From the NCBI GenBank assembly GCA_046723735.1, contig JBKOVB010000114.1:8498-72497 (forward strand): a stretch of 64,000 nt of DNA. Direction: 5' to 3'. The stretch is from Actinomycetota bacterium. GTDB lineage: Bacteria > Actinomycetota > Actinomycetes > Mycobacteriales > SCTD01. The notes under the pieces were generated by a model. It made no database searches, was not told the origin of the DNA, and saw only the letters and a list, made by a program, of their open reading frames with translations. Of this stretch, positions 21,267 through 31,039 are shown piece by piece. How positions within the stretch are numbered: the stretch's first letter is position 1; the number at the start of each line of letters is the position of its first letter. Position numbers and translations under genes: made by a program.

Positions 21267-21622
21267 GCTGGACACGAGACAGGGCCGGGCGCCTTTGGCT
21301 CCGTGGCAGGTCTTCCCCGACCCTGGCACGTTCTCTACTCGGCCGCCCCGGCCCTGTTCAGCGGCACACCCTAGACCCGGTGTCGGAGAAGGGTCAACGG
21401 CGGAAACCGGGTCTGAACGGGACGGAAGCGGCGAGTTGGACAAGCCCCTCGCGACCTGTTCGGTGACGCTGCGGATCGGTAGGGTGACAGTTCGTTCGGG
21501 GGGTGCCTCGGCACCCCTCGGTCGTGCCACCCAGCATCGGCGGCACGCCACCCCCGTGGCGTCCGTCGTCGGCTCGACCTCTGCCGGTTCACCCCTGCCG
21601 GCCCAGCCCTCGGAGAGTGCTC

Positions 21623-22219
21623 GTGTCCCGGAACCCGGTACGCGTACGACCCGCCACCGAGGCGGACCTGCCCGCCATGCTCGCCCTCGCGGAGGAGCTG
21701 CGCGAGCAGCTGCTCCCCGGTGAGGGGATCGGCCGCGCCGCGGCGAGCGGCGGACCCCGGCCCGCCCTGGAGCAGCGGTACCGCGACGCCCTCGCCGACC
21801 CCGACCGGCACCTCGTGCTGGCGGTCGCCGGCCCGGACGGCGGGCGGGAGCAGGTTTTGGGCATGGCGATGCTGAGCGTCGCCGGCACCAACGCGCTGTT
21901 GGACCTCCCCGCGGTGCACGTGACGCACTCGGTGGTGGCGGACAAGCAGCGCCGCCGCGGCGCCGGCCGGGCCCTGGTGGCGGCGGCGGCGGCCTACGCC
22001 GAGGAACGCGGCGTCGAGCAGCTCGTCGTGTCCGCCAACCCCGGCTCGCGCGAGGCCGCCCGCTTCTTCGCACGGCTCGGGTTCGCGCCGGTCGCCCTCC
22101 GCCGTACCGCTCCCGTCGCCGTCGTACGACGGAGGCTGGCGCTCGCGGACCGCACCGAGCCCGTGGGTCGGCGTCGGGCGCTGCGGGCCGCAGGTGTGGC
22201 CCGCACCCGTCAGCCCTGA
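21623..22219 (+). CDS. GNAT-family N-acetyltransferase
   Basis: VRPATEADLPAML...VADKQRRRGAGRALV (acetyl-CoA Q/RxxGxG/A motif)...ARLGF. An SD (GGAGAG) precedes the GTG. Confidence 0.75.
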   Translation: MSRNPVRVRPATEADLPAMLALAEELREQLLPGEGIGRAAASGGPRPALEQRYRDALADPDRHLVLAVAGPDGGREQVLGMAMLSVAGTNALLDLPAVHVTHSVVADKQRRRGAGRALVAAAAAYAEERGVEQLVVSANPGSREAARFFARLGFAPVALRRTAPVAVVRRRLALADRTEPVGRRRALRAAGVARTRQP

Positions 22220-22232
22220 CGGACCACCCTCC

Positions 22233-22238
22233 TAGACT
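22233..22238 (+). promoter_or_regulatory. Candidate -10 hexamer TAGACT for a leaderless polA transcript
   Basis: TAnnnT lies 7 nt upstream of the GTG at 22246. TGACGGAC sits 8 nt upstream of the hexamer and matches the RecA-NDp upstream element at 5 of 8 positions. Confidence 0.4.
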
Positions 22239-22245
22239 CCCGGCC

Positions 22246-24954
22246 GTGGGAGCAGACGACACCATCGAGCGGCCCTGCCTGCTCCTGCTGGACGGCCACT
22301 CGCTCGCCTACCGCGCTTTCTTCGCGCTGCCGGTCGAGAACTTCAGCACGACCGACGGGCAGCCCACGAACGCGGTCTACGGCTTCACGGCGATGCTGAT
22401 CAACGTCCTGCGCGACGAGCACCCGACGCACGTGGCCGTGACCTTCGATGTGAGCCGCCGCAACTTCCGGCACGAGGCCTACGCCGACTACAAGGCCGGC
22501 CGCTCCGAGACCCCGGCCGACTTCAAGGGCCAGGTGTCCCTGGTCCGCGAGGTGCTCGACGCGTTGCGCATCCCGGTGGTCACCGCCGAGGGCTACGAGG
22601 CCGACGACGTCATCGCGACGCTGGCGACCCAGGCGGCCGCGCAGGACATGGACGTGCTCGTCGTCACGGGCGACCGGGACACCTTCCAGCTCGTCGACGA
22701 CCGCATCACGGTCCTCTACAACTCGCGCGGCGTCTCCGACATGCGCCGGATGACGCCCGAGGCGGTGCAGGAGAAGTACGGCCTCAGCCCGGCCCAGTAC
22801 CCGGAGTTCGCGGCGCTGCGCGGCGACCCGTCCGACAACCTGCCCGGCATCCCCGGCCTGGGGGAGAAGACGGCCACCAAGCTGATCCAGCAGTACGGCG
22901 ACGTCGCGGGCCTGGTGGACCACGTGGACGAGGTCAAGGGCAAGGTGGGCGACAACCTGCGCGCCGGCCTGGCCGACGTCGTCCGCAACCGTCACCTGAC
23001 CGAGCTGGTCCGCACCGTGCCGCTCCAGGTCGGTCCGCAGGATCTCGCCGTCCAGCAGTGGGACCGCGACGAGGTGCACAAGGTCTTCGACGCGCTGCAG
23101 TTCAAGGTGCTGCGCGACCGGCTGTGGCAGACGCTGTCGGCCGCCGAGCCGGAGGCGGAGGAGGGCTTCGACGTCGAGCACCAGGTGCTCGCTCCCGGCG
23201 AGGTCGCGGGCTTCCTGGGCGGCCTTCCGGCGGGAGTGCGCGTCGGGCTGCACGTCCGTGGCAGCTGGGGCCGTGGCACCGGCGACGCGACCGGGCTGGG
23301 CATCGCTGCCGAGTCGGCGGCCGAGGGCGAGACCCGCGAGCGCGACGCGGCGTACGTCGACCTCATCGAGCTGACCCCCGACGACGACGCCGCCCTCGCG
23401 GCGTGGCTCGCGGACGAGAGCGTCCCCAAGGCGCTGCACGACCTGAAGGGCCCGCTGCTGGCCCTGACCGCACGCGGCTGGGACCTCAAGGGCGTCACGT
23501 CCGACACCGCGCTGGCCGCCTACCTCGCGCTGCCCGGCCAAGGGTCGTTCGACCTCGCCGACCTGTCGTTGCGGTACCTGCGCCGCGAGCTCCGCGCGGA
23601 GCAGGTCGAGAGCGGTCAGCTGTCCTTCGACGGCGCCGAGGACGACACCACGGCTGCCGATGCTGCGCTGCGGGCCCGAGCGGTGGCCGACCTCGCCGTC
23701 GCCCTGGACGCCGACCTGGAGCGCCGCGAGGCCACCGCCCTGCTGCGCGAGGTCGAGCTGCCGCTGGTCGACGTGCTCGCCGACGCCGAGCGCACCGGCA
23801 TCGCGGCCGACGTCGACCACCTGCAGCGGCTGGAGACCCGGTTGCGCGACCAGGTGAAGACCGCCGCCGAGGAGGCCTACGCCACCGTCGGCCACGAGTT
23901 CCACCTCGGGTCGCCCAAACAGCTGCAGCAGCTGCTGTTCGAGGAGCTGAACCTCCCCAAGACCAAGAAGATCAAGACGGGCTACACCACCGACGCCGAC
24001 TCGTTGCAGGGCCTGCTCGGCACCCATCCCGTCATCGAGGCCCTGCTCGCCCACCGTGAGATCACCCGGCTGCTCATGGTGGTGGAGAAGCAGCTGCTGC
24101 CGACCGTGGCGGACGACGGTCGGATCCACACCACCTTCAAGCAGATGGTGGCCGCCACCGGGCGGCTCTCCTCGGACAACCCCAACCTGCAGAACGTCCC
24201 CGTGCGGACGCCGCAGGGCAGGGAGATCCGGCAGGGGTTCGTGGCGGGTCCCGGCTACGAGGCGCTCATGACGGCGGACTACAGCCAGATCGAGATGCGG
24301 ATCATGGCTCACCTGTCCCGGGACGCCGGGCTCATCGAGGCCTTCACCACGGGGGAGGACCTGCACACCTTCGTGGCGTCGCGGGCCTTCGGCGTGCCGC
24401 CCGAGCAGGTCGACCCGGAGCTGCGCCGCCGCGTGAAGGCGATGTCGTACGGCCTGGCCTACGGCCTGTCGGCCTTTGGGCTCGCCTCGCAGCTGCGGAT
24501 CAGCACCGACGAGGCGCGCGAGCAGATGGCGGCCTACTTCGAGCGGTTCGGCGGTGTCCGCGACTACCTGCGCGACGTGGTCGAGCAGGCCCGCAAGGAC
24601 GGCTACACCTCCACGATCCTGGGCCGACGCCGGTACTTGCCGGACCTCACCTCCGACAACGGGCAGCGCCGGCAGATGGCGGAGCGGATGGCGCTCAACG
24701 CCCCCATCCAGGGCAGCGCCGCCGACATCATCAAGATCGCGATGCTGGGCGTGGCACGGGCGCTGAAGGAGGAGGGGCTGCGCAGCCGGCTCCTGCTGCA
24801 GGTCCACGACGAGCTGGTGCTCGAGGTGGCCGAGGGCGAGCAGGAGGCCCTGGAGGCCCTGGTACGGCGGGAGATGGGCGACGCGTTCCCCCTGTCCGTG
24901 CCCCTCGACGTCAGCGTGGGCGTGGGACGCAACTGGGACGAGGCGGGGCACTGA
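22246..24954 (+). CDS. polA: DNA polymerase I
   Basis: It has a 5'-nuclease domain (LLLLDGHSLAYRAFFALP), a Klenow-like polymerase domain (ADYSQIEMRIMAH, QVHDELVLE) and PolA motif B (RRRVKAMSYGLAYG). Confidence 0.95.
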   Translation: MGADDTIERPCLLLLDGHSLAYRAFFALPVENFSTTDGQPTNAVYGFTAMLINVLRDEHPTHVAVTFDVSRRNFRHEAYADYKAGRSETPADFKGQVSLVREVLDALRIPVVTAEGYEADDVIATLATQAAAQDMDVLVVTGDRDTFQLVDDRITVLYNSRGVSDMRRMTPEAVQEKYGLSPAQYPEFAALRGDPSDNLPGIPGLGEKTATKLIQQYGDVAGLVDHVDEVKGKVGDNLRAGLADVVRNRHLTELVRTVPLQVGPQDLAVQQWDRDEVHKVFDALQFKVLRDRLWQTLSAAEPEAEEGFDVEHQVLAPGEVAGFLGGLPAGVRVGLHVRGSWGRGTGDATGLGIAAESAAEGETRERDAAYVDLIELTPDDDAALAAWLADESVPKALHDLKGPLLALTARGWDLKGVTSDTALAAYLALPGQGSFDLADLSLRYLRRELRAEQVESGQLSFDGAEDDTTAADAALRARAVADLAVALDADLERREATALLREVELPLVDVLADAERTGIAADVDHLQRLETRLRDQVKTAAEEAYATVGHEFHLGSPKQLQQLLFEELNLPKTKKIKTGYTTDADSLQGLLGTHPVIEALLAHREITRLLMVVEKQLLPTVADDGRIHTTFKQMVAATGRLSSDNPNLQNVPVRTPQGREIRQGFVAGPGYEALMTADYSQIEMRIMAHLSRDAGLIEAFTTGEDLHTFVASRAFGVPPEQVDPELRRRVKAMSYGLAYGLSAFGLASQLRISTDEAREQMAAYFERFGGVRDYLRDVVEQARKDGYTSTILGRRRYLPDLTSDNGQRRQMAERMALNAPIQGSAADIIKIAMLGVARALKEEGLRSRLLLQVHDELVLEVAEGEQEALEALVRREMGDAFPLSVPLDVSVGVGRNWDEAGH

Positions 24955-25025
24955 GCGCAGCGGCGAGCTCGCGGAGCGAGGGAACGCCGGAGCGAATCGT
25001 GTCACTGAGCGGTCCGGGCTCGACC

Positions 25026-25589
25026 ATGGAGCGCGTGCTGGTCAGTGGCATCTCCGGCGCGGGGAAGAGCACTCTGGCACGGCGGCTCGCCGCGGCGAAG
25101 GGCCTGCCGTACCAGGAGCTTGACGCGCTCTTCCACGGCCCCGGGTGGACCGAGCGCCCGACCTTCGTTGCGGACGTCGAGGCGCTCGCAGCACAGGACC
25201 GGTGGGTCTTCGACAGCGACGGCTACGGCGCTGTGCGGGACGTGCTCTGGTCGCGGGCCGACACCCTCGTCTGGCTGGACCTGCCGCGTCGGCAGGTGAT
25301 GCTGCGGGTGCTGCGCCGGTCCCTCTGGCGGGCGCTGCGGCGCGTGGAGCTCTGGAACGGCAACCGCGAGGGCTTCGGCGCCTGGAAGGACTCGGGCCAT
25401 CCGGTTCGGTGGGCGTGGCACCAGCACGGCGCGCGCCGTGCCCTCGTCGCGGCGCGGGTGGCGGACCCGGCGTGGGGGCACCTCACGGTGCACCACCTGC
25501 GGTCGACGCGGGAGGCGCGCCGCTGGTGGCGGTCGGCCGTGCACGACGCGACCGCGCGAGCAGGACGGCCGTCAGCAGCACGGCGGTGA
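25026..25589 (+). CDS. P-loop NTPase (adenylate-kinase / topology-modulation-like)
   Basis: Walker A VSGISGAGKST is close to the N-terminus. It is a small single-domain kinase-like protein. The start could be the ATG at 25026 or the GTG at 24999. Confidence 0.6.
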   Translation: MERVLVSGISGAGKSTLARRLAAAKGLPYQELDALFHGPGWTERPTFVADVEALAAQDRWVFDSDGYGAVRDVLWSRADTLVWLDLPRRQVMLRVLRRSLWRALRRVELWNGNREGFGAWKDSGHPVRWAWHQHGARRALVAARVADPAWGHLTVHHLRSTREARRWWRSAVHDATARAGRPSAARR

Positions 25590-26754
25590 GGGCCGCGAGG
25601 CCGATCACGGGCGCGGGGCTCGTCGGGCGCACCACGAGCAGCACCACCGTCTCGAGGACGACCCCGGCGGCCACGACGCGCCCGGGCACCGGGTCGCCGA
25701 GCGCGATCGCGCGGTACAGCAGGAGCTGGACCAGCGCGAGTGCTGTTCCCTGCACCACCCACAGCGGGGCGAGGCCGGCCAGCGACGAGTAGTCGTCGCC
25801 GAAGGTGATCCGCAGCACCGGCGCGGCAACCAGCGCGCAGCCGACCAGCTCCAGGACGCCCAGCCCCGTCACGACCAGCACCGCGCGCCGGAGCACGAGG
25901 CGGCCCGGCTCGGGGTCGGACAGCCGGGGGAACACCACCAGCGCGATCGCCTGCGGCAACCAGAAGGCTGCCTTGGCCAGCACCGCTCCGGCGCCATAAC
26001 GGCCGGACTCACCGGGCGGCAGCAGGTGGCGGGCCAGCAGCAGGTCAAGGTTTGCCAGGACCAGCACGGCCAGCAGTCCCCCTGCGGCGGCGGCCGCCTC
26101 CCTGATCCCCGGGAGGCCCTTCGGGGCCGGGCCTCGCAACCTGCGTCCGACGAGTGCCACCGCGACCAGCGCGGCGAGCGCGAGACCGGCGCTGAGCGCG
26201 GCCATCACCGCGACGGGACCGCCACCGGCCAGCAGCGGCACCACGCCGAGTCCCTTCGCCAGCGCTTGCACCGCGATGAGCGCGGCGAGAGCCGCGAAGC
26301 GCTCGGCTCCCTGCAGCAGGCCGGCAGCGGCGGCGAGCACGACCCACGGGGCGAGCTGCGTGGCCAGCAGGAGCAGTCCGGCCGTGCCGGTGTGCAGGAA
26401 CGCGGCCAGCAGCGGGGCGGCGGCGGCGGCGATCAGCGCGACGACGACTGCCGCTCCCGCGGCGCGCAGCAGGAGCGCGCGCTCGCGCCCGCCGGGCGGT
26501 TCGCCTACCGGGCGCCTGGCCACCGAGCGAGCGGTCACGGCCTGCACCGCGAGGGCCGGCACGCTCGCCACGACCAGTACGCCGAGCAGGGCGCTCAGCT
26601 CGCCGTACCCGCTCTTGGTGAGCGCGTGCGCCCCGGCTGCTGCCAGGACGTAACCCACGACGTTGAGCAGCGTCAGCGCGGGTGTGACCAGCACGGCCCC
26701 GCGTGCGAGTGACGGGGCTCGCGGCTCGACCGGGACAGCGACCTCCGGGTTCAC
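25483..26754 (-). CDS. Multi-pass membrane protein, MOP/Wzx flippase-like
   Basis: About 12 hydrophobic segments, with a polysaccharide-biosynthesis-protein-like C-terminal half (RYGAGAVLAKAAFWLPQAIALVVFPRL). The start is uncertain (GTG at 26754 or 26778). The 3' end overlaps the P-loop gene by about 107 nt. Confidence 0.55.
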   Translation of the reverse strand: MNPEVAVPVEPRAPSLARGAVLVTPALTLLNVVGYVLAAAGAHALTKSGYGELSALLGVLVVASVPALAVQAVTARSVARRPVGEPPGGRERALLLRAAGAAVVVALIAAAAAPLLAAFLHTGTAGLLLLATQLAPWVVLAAAAGLLQGAERFAALAALIAVQALAKGLGVVPLLAGGGPVAVMAALSAGLALAALVAVALVGRRLRGPAPKGLPGIREAAAAAGGLLAVLVLANLDLLLARHLLPPGESGRYGAGAVLAKAAFWLPQAIALVVFPRLSDPEPGRLVLRRAVLVVTGLGVLELVGCALVAAPVLRITFGDDYSSLAGLAPLWVVQGTALALVQLLLYRAIALGDPVPGRVVAAGVVLETVVLLVVRPTSPAPVIGLAALTAVLLTAVLLARSRRARPTATSGAPPASTAGGAP

Positions 26755-26807
26755 GACGGGTCGGGGCCGCGCTTCCACGTTCGGACTGTAGAGGTCGGGC
26801 CAACGAG

Positions 26808-26813
26808 TAGCGT
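26808..26813 (+). promoter_or_regulatory. Candidate -10 hexamer TAGCGT for a leaderless uORF ahead of the AftD-like gene
   Basis: TAnnnT lies exactly 6 nt upstream of the ATG at 26820. The same hexamer recurs at 32213. Confidence 0.35.
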
Positions 26814-26819
26814 GGCGCC

Positions 26820-26873
26820 ATGGGGCACGTGCGGCACGCCGCCTGCGCCGAGGCAGGGACGGGCCGCGGGTGA
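26820..26873 (+). CDS. Candidate 17-codon leaderless uORF (MGHVRHAACAEAGTGRG)
   Basis: The ATG sits 6 nt after TAGCGT, and third-codon positions are nearly all G/C. Its TGA overlaps the GTG start of the AftD-like gene (GTGA). Confidence 0.25.
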   Translation: MGHVRHAACAEAGTGRG

Positions 26874-29800
26874 CGGACGTCCTCCCGGCGCCTGCCGTCG
26901 CCGAGATCTCACCAGCGACCCCACGCCTGATCCACCGCCTGAGGCTGCTGGCCGTCTGCCTGTTCCTCACCCTCCTCGCGTTCGTGCAGAGCCCGGGCCG
27001 CACGGCGGCCGACACCAAGGTCGACCTGACCACGAACCCGTGGGGGTTCCTCGGCCGGGCGCTTCGGTTGTGGGACCCGAGCGCGGCCTTCGGTCAGCTG
27101 CAGAACCAGGCCACCGGCTACCTGTTCCCGATGGGTCCGTTCTTCGGGCTGGGGCACCTGCTCGGCCTGCCGGGCTGGGTGGTCCAGCGCTGCTGGTGGG
27201 CGCTGCTCATGGTGGTCGCCTTCCTGGGCTTCGTGCGACTGGCTGGGCGCATGGGCATCGGCAGCTCGTGGGCGCGCGTGCTCGCCGGCGTGGCGTTCGC
27301 CGCGTCGCCTCGGGTGTCGAGCGTGCTGGGGGCCACCTCGGTGGAGGCGCTGCCGTTGTGCCTGACCCCCTGGGTGCTGATCCCGCTCGTGGACGCGGCC
27401 GCGGGACGGGTGTCGGCACGCCGGGGGGCCGCGCGCTCCGGGGTGGCCGTGCTGTGCGTGGGCGGCGTCAACGCGGTGGCCACCCTGGCCGCGCTCCCCG
27501 TGGCGGCGCTGTTCCTGCTGTGCTCGGTGCGAGGCAGGACACGGCGGGTCCTCCTCGGCTGGTGGTCGCTCTGCGTCGTGCTGGCGACCCTGTGGTGGGT
27601 CGTGCCGTTGCTGCTCCTGGGGCGGTACAGCCCGCCCTTCCTGAGCTACATCGAGTCCTCGACCGTCACCACCGGCTTCACGTCGTTGCCCGAGGCCGTC
27701 CGCGGCACCTCGCACTGGGTCGCGTTCCTGTCGAGCGGGGGCGCGCCTCTCTGGCCGGCCGCGTGGCGGCTCGTCACCGACTCGGTCACCATCCTCGACA
27801 CCGTGCTCCTCGCGGGGCTCGGCCTGCTCGGGCTGGCGCGCCGAGACCTGCCCTACCGGGCGACGCTGCTCCCCGCGGTGCTTCTGGGGCTCGTCCTCGT
27901 GACGGCGGGTCACGTGGGGCCGGTGGACGGGCCGTTCGCCGGGCACGTCCGCGCTGCCCTCGACGGCGCGCTGGCGCCGTTCCGCAACGTCCACAAGTTC
28001 GACGCGGTGATCCGCCTGCCGCTGATGCTCGCCGCCTGTCACGCGCTCAGCCGGCTGAGCCTGCCCGCCGTACGCCTGCCTGGACGCCTCGTGCCGGGAG
28101 AGGCCGTGACCGCCGCGCTGGCCGGCGTCGTCGTGCTCGGGGTCGTGAGCCCGCTCGTGCTGGGCCGCGCCGTACCGCCCGGCAGCTGGACGGAGCTCCC
28201 GAGCTACTGGCGGCAGACCGCGGACTACCTCGCCGGCCACCACGCCGAGGGGCGGGCGCTGCTGGTGCCGGGGTCGTCCTTCGCCGACTACCGCTGGGGT
28301 CGTACTGGCGACGAACCGCTCCAAGCGCTGGCCCGTTCGCCGTGGGCCGTGCGGAACGCCATCCCGCTCGCACGCCCGGGCACCATCAGGCTCCTCGACG
28401 CCGTGCAGCAGCGCCTCGCCCACGGCGACGGGTCCCCGGGCCTCACCGAGGCGCTGCAGCGCAGCGGAGTCGGCTTCCTCGTCGTCCGCAACGACCTCGA
28501 CTGGAGCGCCGCGCGGACGCCCCGCCCGGTCCTCGTCCACCAGGCGCTGCAGGACTCGCCGGGCATCCGTCGGGTTGCGGCCTTCGGGCCGACGGTCGCC
28601 GCACCCAGCACCCCCGGCTTCCTGCCCGACGCCGGCCTGGACCTGCCGTACCCCGCCGTGGAGATCTATCAGGTAGGTGACGGCGGTACCCGCCTCGACG
28701 CCGTCCCGGCCGCAGGTGCCCTGCAGGTCGCGGGCGGCCCTGAGGCGTTGCTCGCCGCAGCCGACCAGGGCCTGGTGCAGGGGCGGGTCACCACGCTCGC
28801 CGGCCAGCCGTCGGTGCCTGGGGGATCGAGGCAGGAGCTGGTCACGGACACGCTGCGCCGCACGGAGGCGCCGTTCGGCGCGCTGCCGGGGGACGCCGCG
28901 ACGCTTGCGGAGGACGACCCCTTCCGCGCCCAGCGAGGGGCGCACGACTACCTGCCGGTGCGGGGTGTCGAGCGGCAGACCGTGGCGCTGCCCGTGGGAG
29001 TACGACGGGTGCTGTCCTCCTCCTCCGGCTCCGACGCGACCGACCTGGTCCCGGCGGCTCAGTACTCGCCGTACAGCGCGGTCGACGGCTCGCTGCGGAC
29101 GTTCTGGCACTCGGCGTGGATCCACCACGCCGTCGGGCAGTGGCTCGAGCTCCGGCTCGCCCGGCCCGTCGACGTCAGCACGGTCCAGGTGGCCTTCGCC
29201 TCCGCCGGCCCGCTCTCCGACGTGACGTCGGTGACCGTGACCACGGACCGGGGTTCGCTCACCTCGCCCGTGGGCGTGGCCAACGAGGTCGTCTCGGTTC
29301 CCGCCATCCGTGGCCTCACCTCCCGCGTCCGGATCACCGTCGCGGGCGTGCGGGGCGGAGGCAGCGGGACGGCGGTCGGCGTGCGCGAGCTGGCGGTGCC
29401 CGGTGTCTCCGTCTCGACCACGCTGGTGACTCCGCGACCCGGGCCCCGGGCCACCGGCACGGCGTACCTCCTCCGTGACGTGCCCTTGGCGACCGACGGG
29501 TGCGTGCACGTGGGAGACCGGCCGCTCTGCACGTCCGCGCTCGTGACCCCTGACACCGTGGACGCTCCCGTCGACCGGCTCCTCGACGTCGTGCACGCCT
29601 CGGTGTACGGCGTGTCGGTGACCGCGCGGGCGTTGTCCGGCCCCGCCCTCGACGCCCTCGTCGACCAGGGACGTCCGCTGCAGGTCCGCGCCTCGTCCCG
29701 GGCCACGCCCGACGCGGCCGGCCGTCCCGGCGCTGTCGTCGACCGTGACGTGGGCACCGGCTGGGTCGCGGCGGCTCTCGACGAGGCACCGGCCCTCGAG

Positions 29801-31039
29801 CTGACGTGGGGCGGGGCGAGGACCCTGGACCGGCTGCGGCTGCTCGTCGACCCGGCCCTCGCAGCCTCGCACCCCCAGGCGGTCACCGTCGTCGCGGGTG
29901 GACGGCGGGCACGGGTGGTGGTCGACCCCGACGGCTGGGTCCGCTTCCCCAGGGTTCGCACCGACCGGCTGCGGCTCGAGCTCGACCCGGCCCGCTCGCG
30001 TGCCACTCGCGACGACCGCACCGGGGAGGTCGACACGCTGCCGGTCGGCGTGTCCGAGCTCGTGGTGCCCGGCCTGGAGGACCTGCGGCGTCGGGTCGAC
30101 CGGACTGCTGCGCGCACGCTTGCCTGCGGGCAGGGGCCGACCGTGCGGGTCGGGGGCGTGGTCCTCTCCACGAGGCTGACCGCGACCGTGGCTGGGCTGC
30201 TGGACGGTGCTGAGCTCCCGACGCAGACGTGCGCCTACGGTCCTGTCCCGCTGGGGGCGGGCCGGGTCAGGGTGGTGGCCAGCGCCTCCCCGGTGACGCG
30301 CCCCGTGTCGGTGTTGCTGACCGACCTGCGTGCCCCCGTCCCCGCCGCGGGCGGGCCGGCGCGCTCGGCGGCTCCACAGCGCTGGGACGCCGAGCACCGC
30401 ACTGTCGCGGTGGGAGCCGGCCCTGCGACGGTCCTCGTCGTGCACGAGAACGCCAACCCTGGGTGGCACGCACGGCTCGCCGGGCAGGCGCTGCGGCCCG
30501 TCGTCGTGGACGGGTGGCAGCAGGGCTGGCTGCTGCCGGCTGGTGAGGCCGGCACGGTGCGGCTGGAGTACGGGCCGGGGGCGACCTATCGCCGCGGGCT
30601 GCTCGTCGGCGTCCTCGCCGTGGTTGCGCTCCTGGCCCTGGCCCTGATGCGGGCCCGTCGACCGGGCGGAGTGCCGGCCGACGTGGTCCTCGGGGTGCCG
30701 CCCGCGGTCCGGGTCGTCTGCCTGGGGCTGCTCGTGCTCCTCGGCGGTCCGGTCGGGCTGGGCGTGCTCCTGGTGGTGGGCGCCGTGGTCCGGTTGCTGG
30801 AGGCACGAGGCCGGGCGCCCGCCACCGGCATCGTCGTCGCCGCCGTCCTCGGCACCGCCGCCGTCCTGGCGACCTCGCCGTGGCCCAGCGGGCGAGGCTC
30901 GCAGACCGCGCTCGCCCAGGTGCTGGTGCTCGTGGCGCTGGCTGCGGCGACGTGGTCGGAGCAGGCCCGACTCCCTAGGCACGGACCCTTCCGCGTCGGC
31001 CGCGCTCCTGGGCTGGGCGTTCGACGAGGCGGTAGCTGA
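26870..31039 (+). CDS. AftD-like GT-C membrane glycosyltransferase (alpha-(1->3)-arabinofuranosyltransferase family, DUF3367)
   Basis: 1389 aa. The N-terminal multi-TM GT-C region has the family-typical start (DTKVDLTTNPWGFLGRALRLWDPSAAFGQLQNQATGYLFPMGPFF). A large extracytoplasmic beta-rich region and C-terminal TM helices follow. Confidence 0.75.
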   Translation: MTDVLPAPAVAEISPATPRLIHRLRLLAVCLFLTLLAFVQSPGRTAADTKVDLTTNPWGFLGRALRLWDPSAAFGQLQNQATGYLFPMGPFFGLGHLLGLPGWVVQRCWWALLMVVAFLGFVRLAGRMGIGSSWARVLAGVAFAASPRVSSVLGATSVEALPLCLTPWVLIPLVDAAAGRVSARRGAARSGVAVLCVGGVNAVATLAALPVAALFLLCSVRGRTRRVLLGWWSLCVVLATLWWVVPLLLLGRYSPPFLSYIESSTVTTGFTSLPEAVRGTSHWVAFLSSGGAPLWPAAWRLVTDSVTILDTVLLAGLGLLGLARRDLPYRATLLPAVLLGLVLVTAGHVGPVDGPFAGHVRAALDGALAPFRNVHKFDAVIRLPLMLAACHALSRLSLPAVRLPGRLVPGEAVTAALAGVVVLGVVSPLVLGRAVPPGSWTELPSYWRQTADYLAGHHAEGRALLVPGSSFADYRWGRTGDEPLQALARSPWAVRNAIPLARPGTIRLLDAVQQRLAHGDGSPGLTEALQRSGVGFLVVRNDLDWSAARTPRPVLVHQALQDSPGIRRVAAFGPTVAAPSTPGFLPDAGLDLPYPAVEIYQVGDGGTRLDAVPAAGALQVAGGPEALLAAADQGLVQGRVTTLAGQPSVPGGSRQELVTDTLRRTEAPFGALPGDAATLAEDDPFRAQRGAHDYLPVRGVERQTVALPVGVRRVLSSSSGSDATDLVPAAQYSPYSAVDGSLRTFWHSAWIHHAVGQWLELRLARPVDVSTVQVAFASAGPLSDVTSVTVTTDRGSLTSPVGVANEVVSVPAIRGLTSRVRITVAGVRGGGSGTAVGVRELAVPGVSVSTTLVTPRPGPRATGTAYLLRDVPLATDGCVHVGDRPLCTSALVTPDTVDAPVDRLLDVVHASVYGVSVTARALSGPALDALVDQGRPLQVRASSRATPDAAGRPGAVVDRDVGTGWVAAALDEAPALELTWGGARTLDRLRLLVDPALAASHPQAVTVVAGGRRARVVVDPDGWVRFPRVRTDRLRLELDPARSRATRDDRTGEVDTLPVGVSELVVPGLEDLRRRVDRTAARTLACGQGPTVRVGGVVLSTRLTATVAGLLDGAELPTQTCAYGPVPLGAGRVRVVASASPVTRPVSVLLTDLRAPVPAAGGPARSAAPQRWDAEHRTVAVGAGPATVLVVHENANPGWHARLAGQALRPVVVDGWQQGWLLPAGEAGTVRLEYGPGATYRRGLLVGVLAVVALLALALMRARRPGGVPADVVLGVPPAVRVVCLGLLVLLGGPVGLGVLLVVGAVVRLLEARGRAPATGIVVAAVLGTAAVLATSPWPSGRGSQTALAQVLVLVALAAATWSEQARLPRHGPFRVGRAPGLGVRRGGS

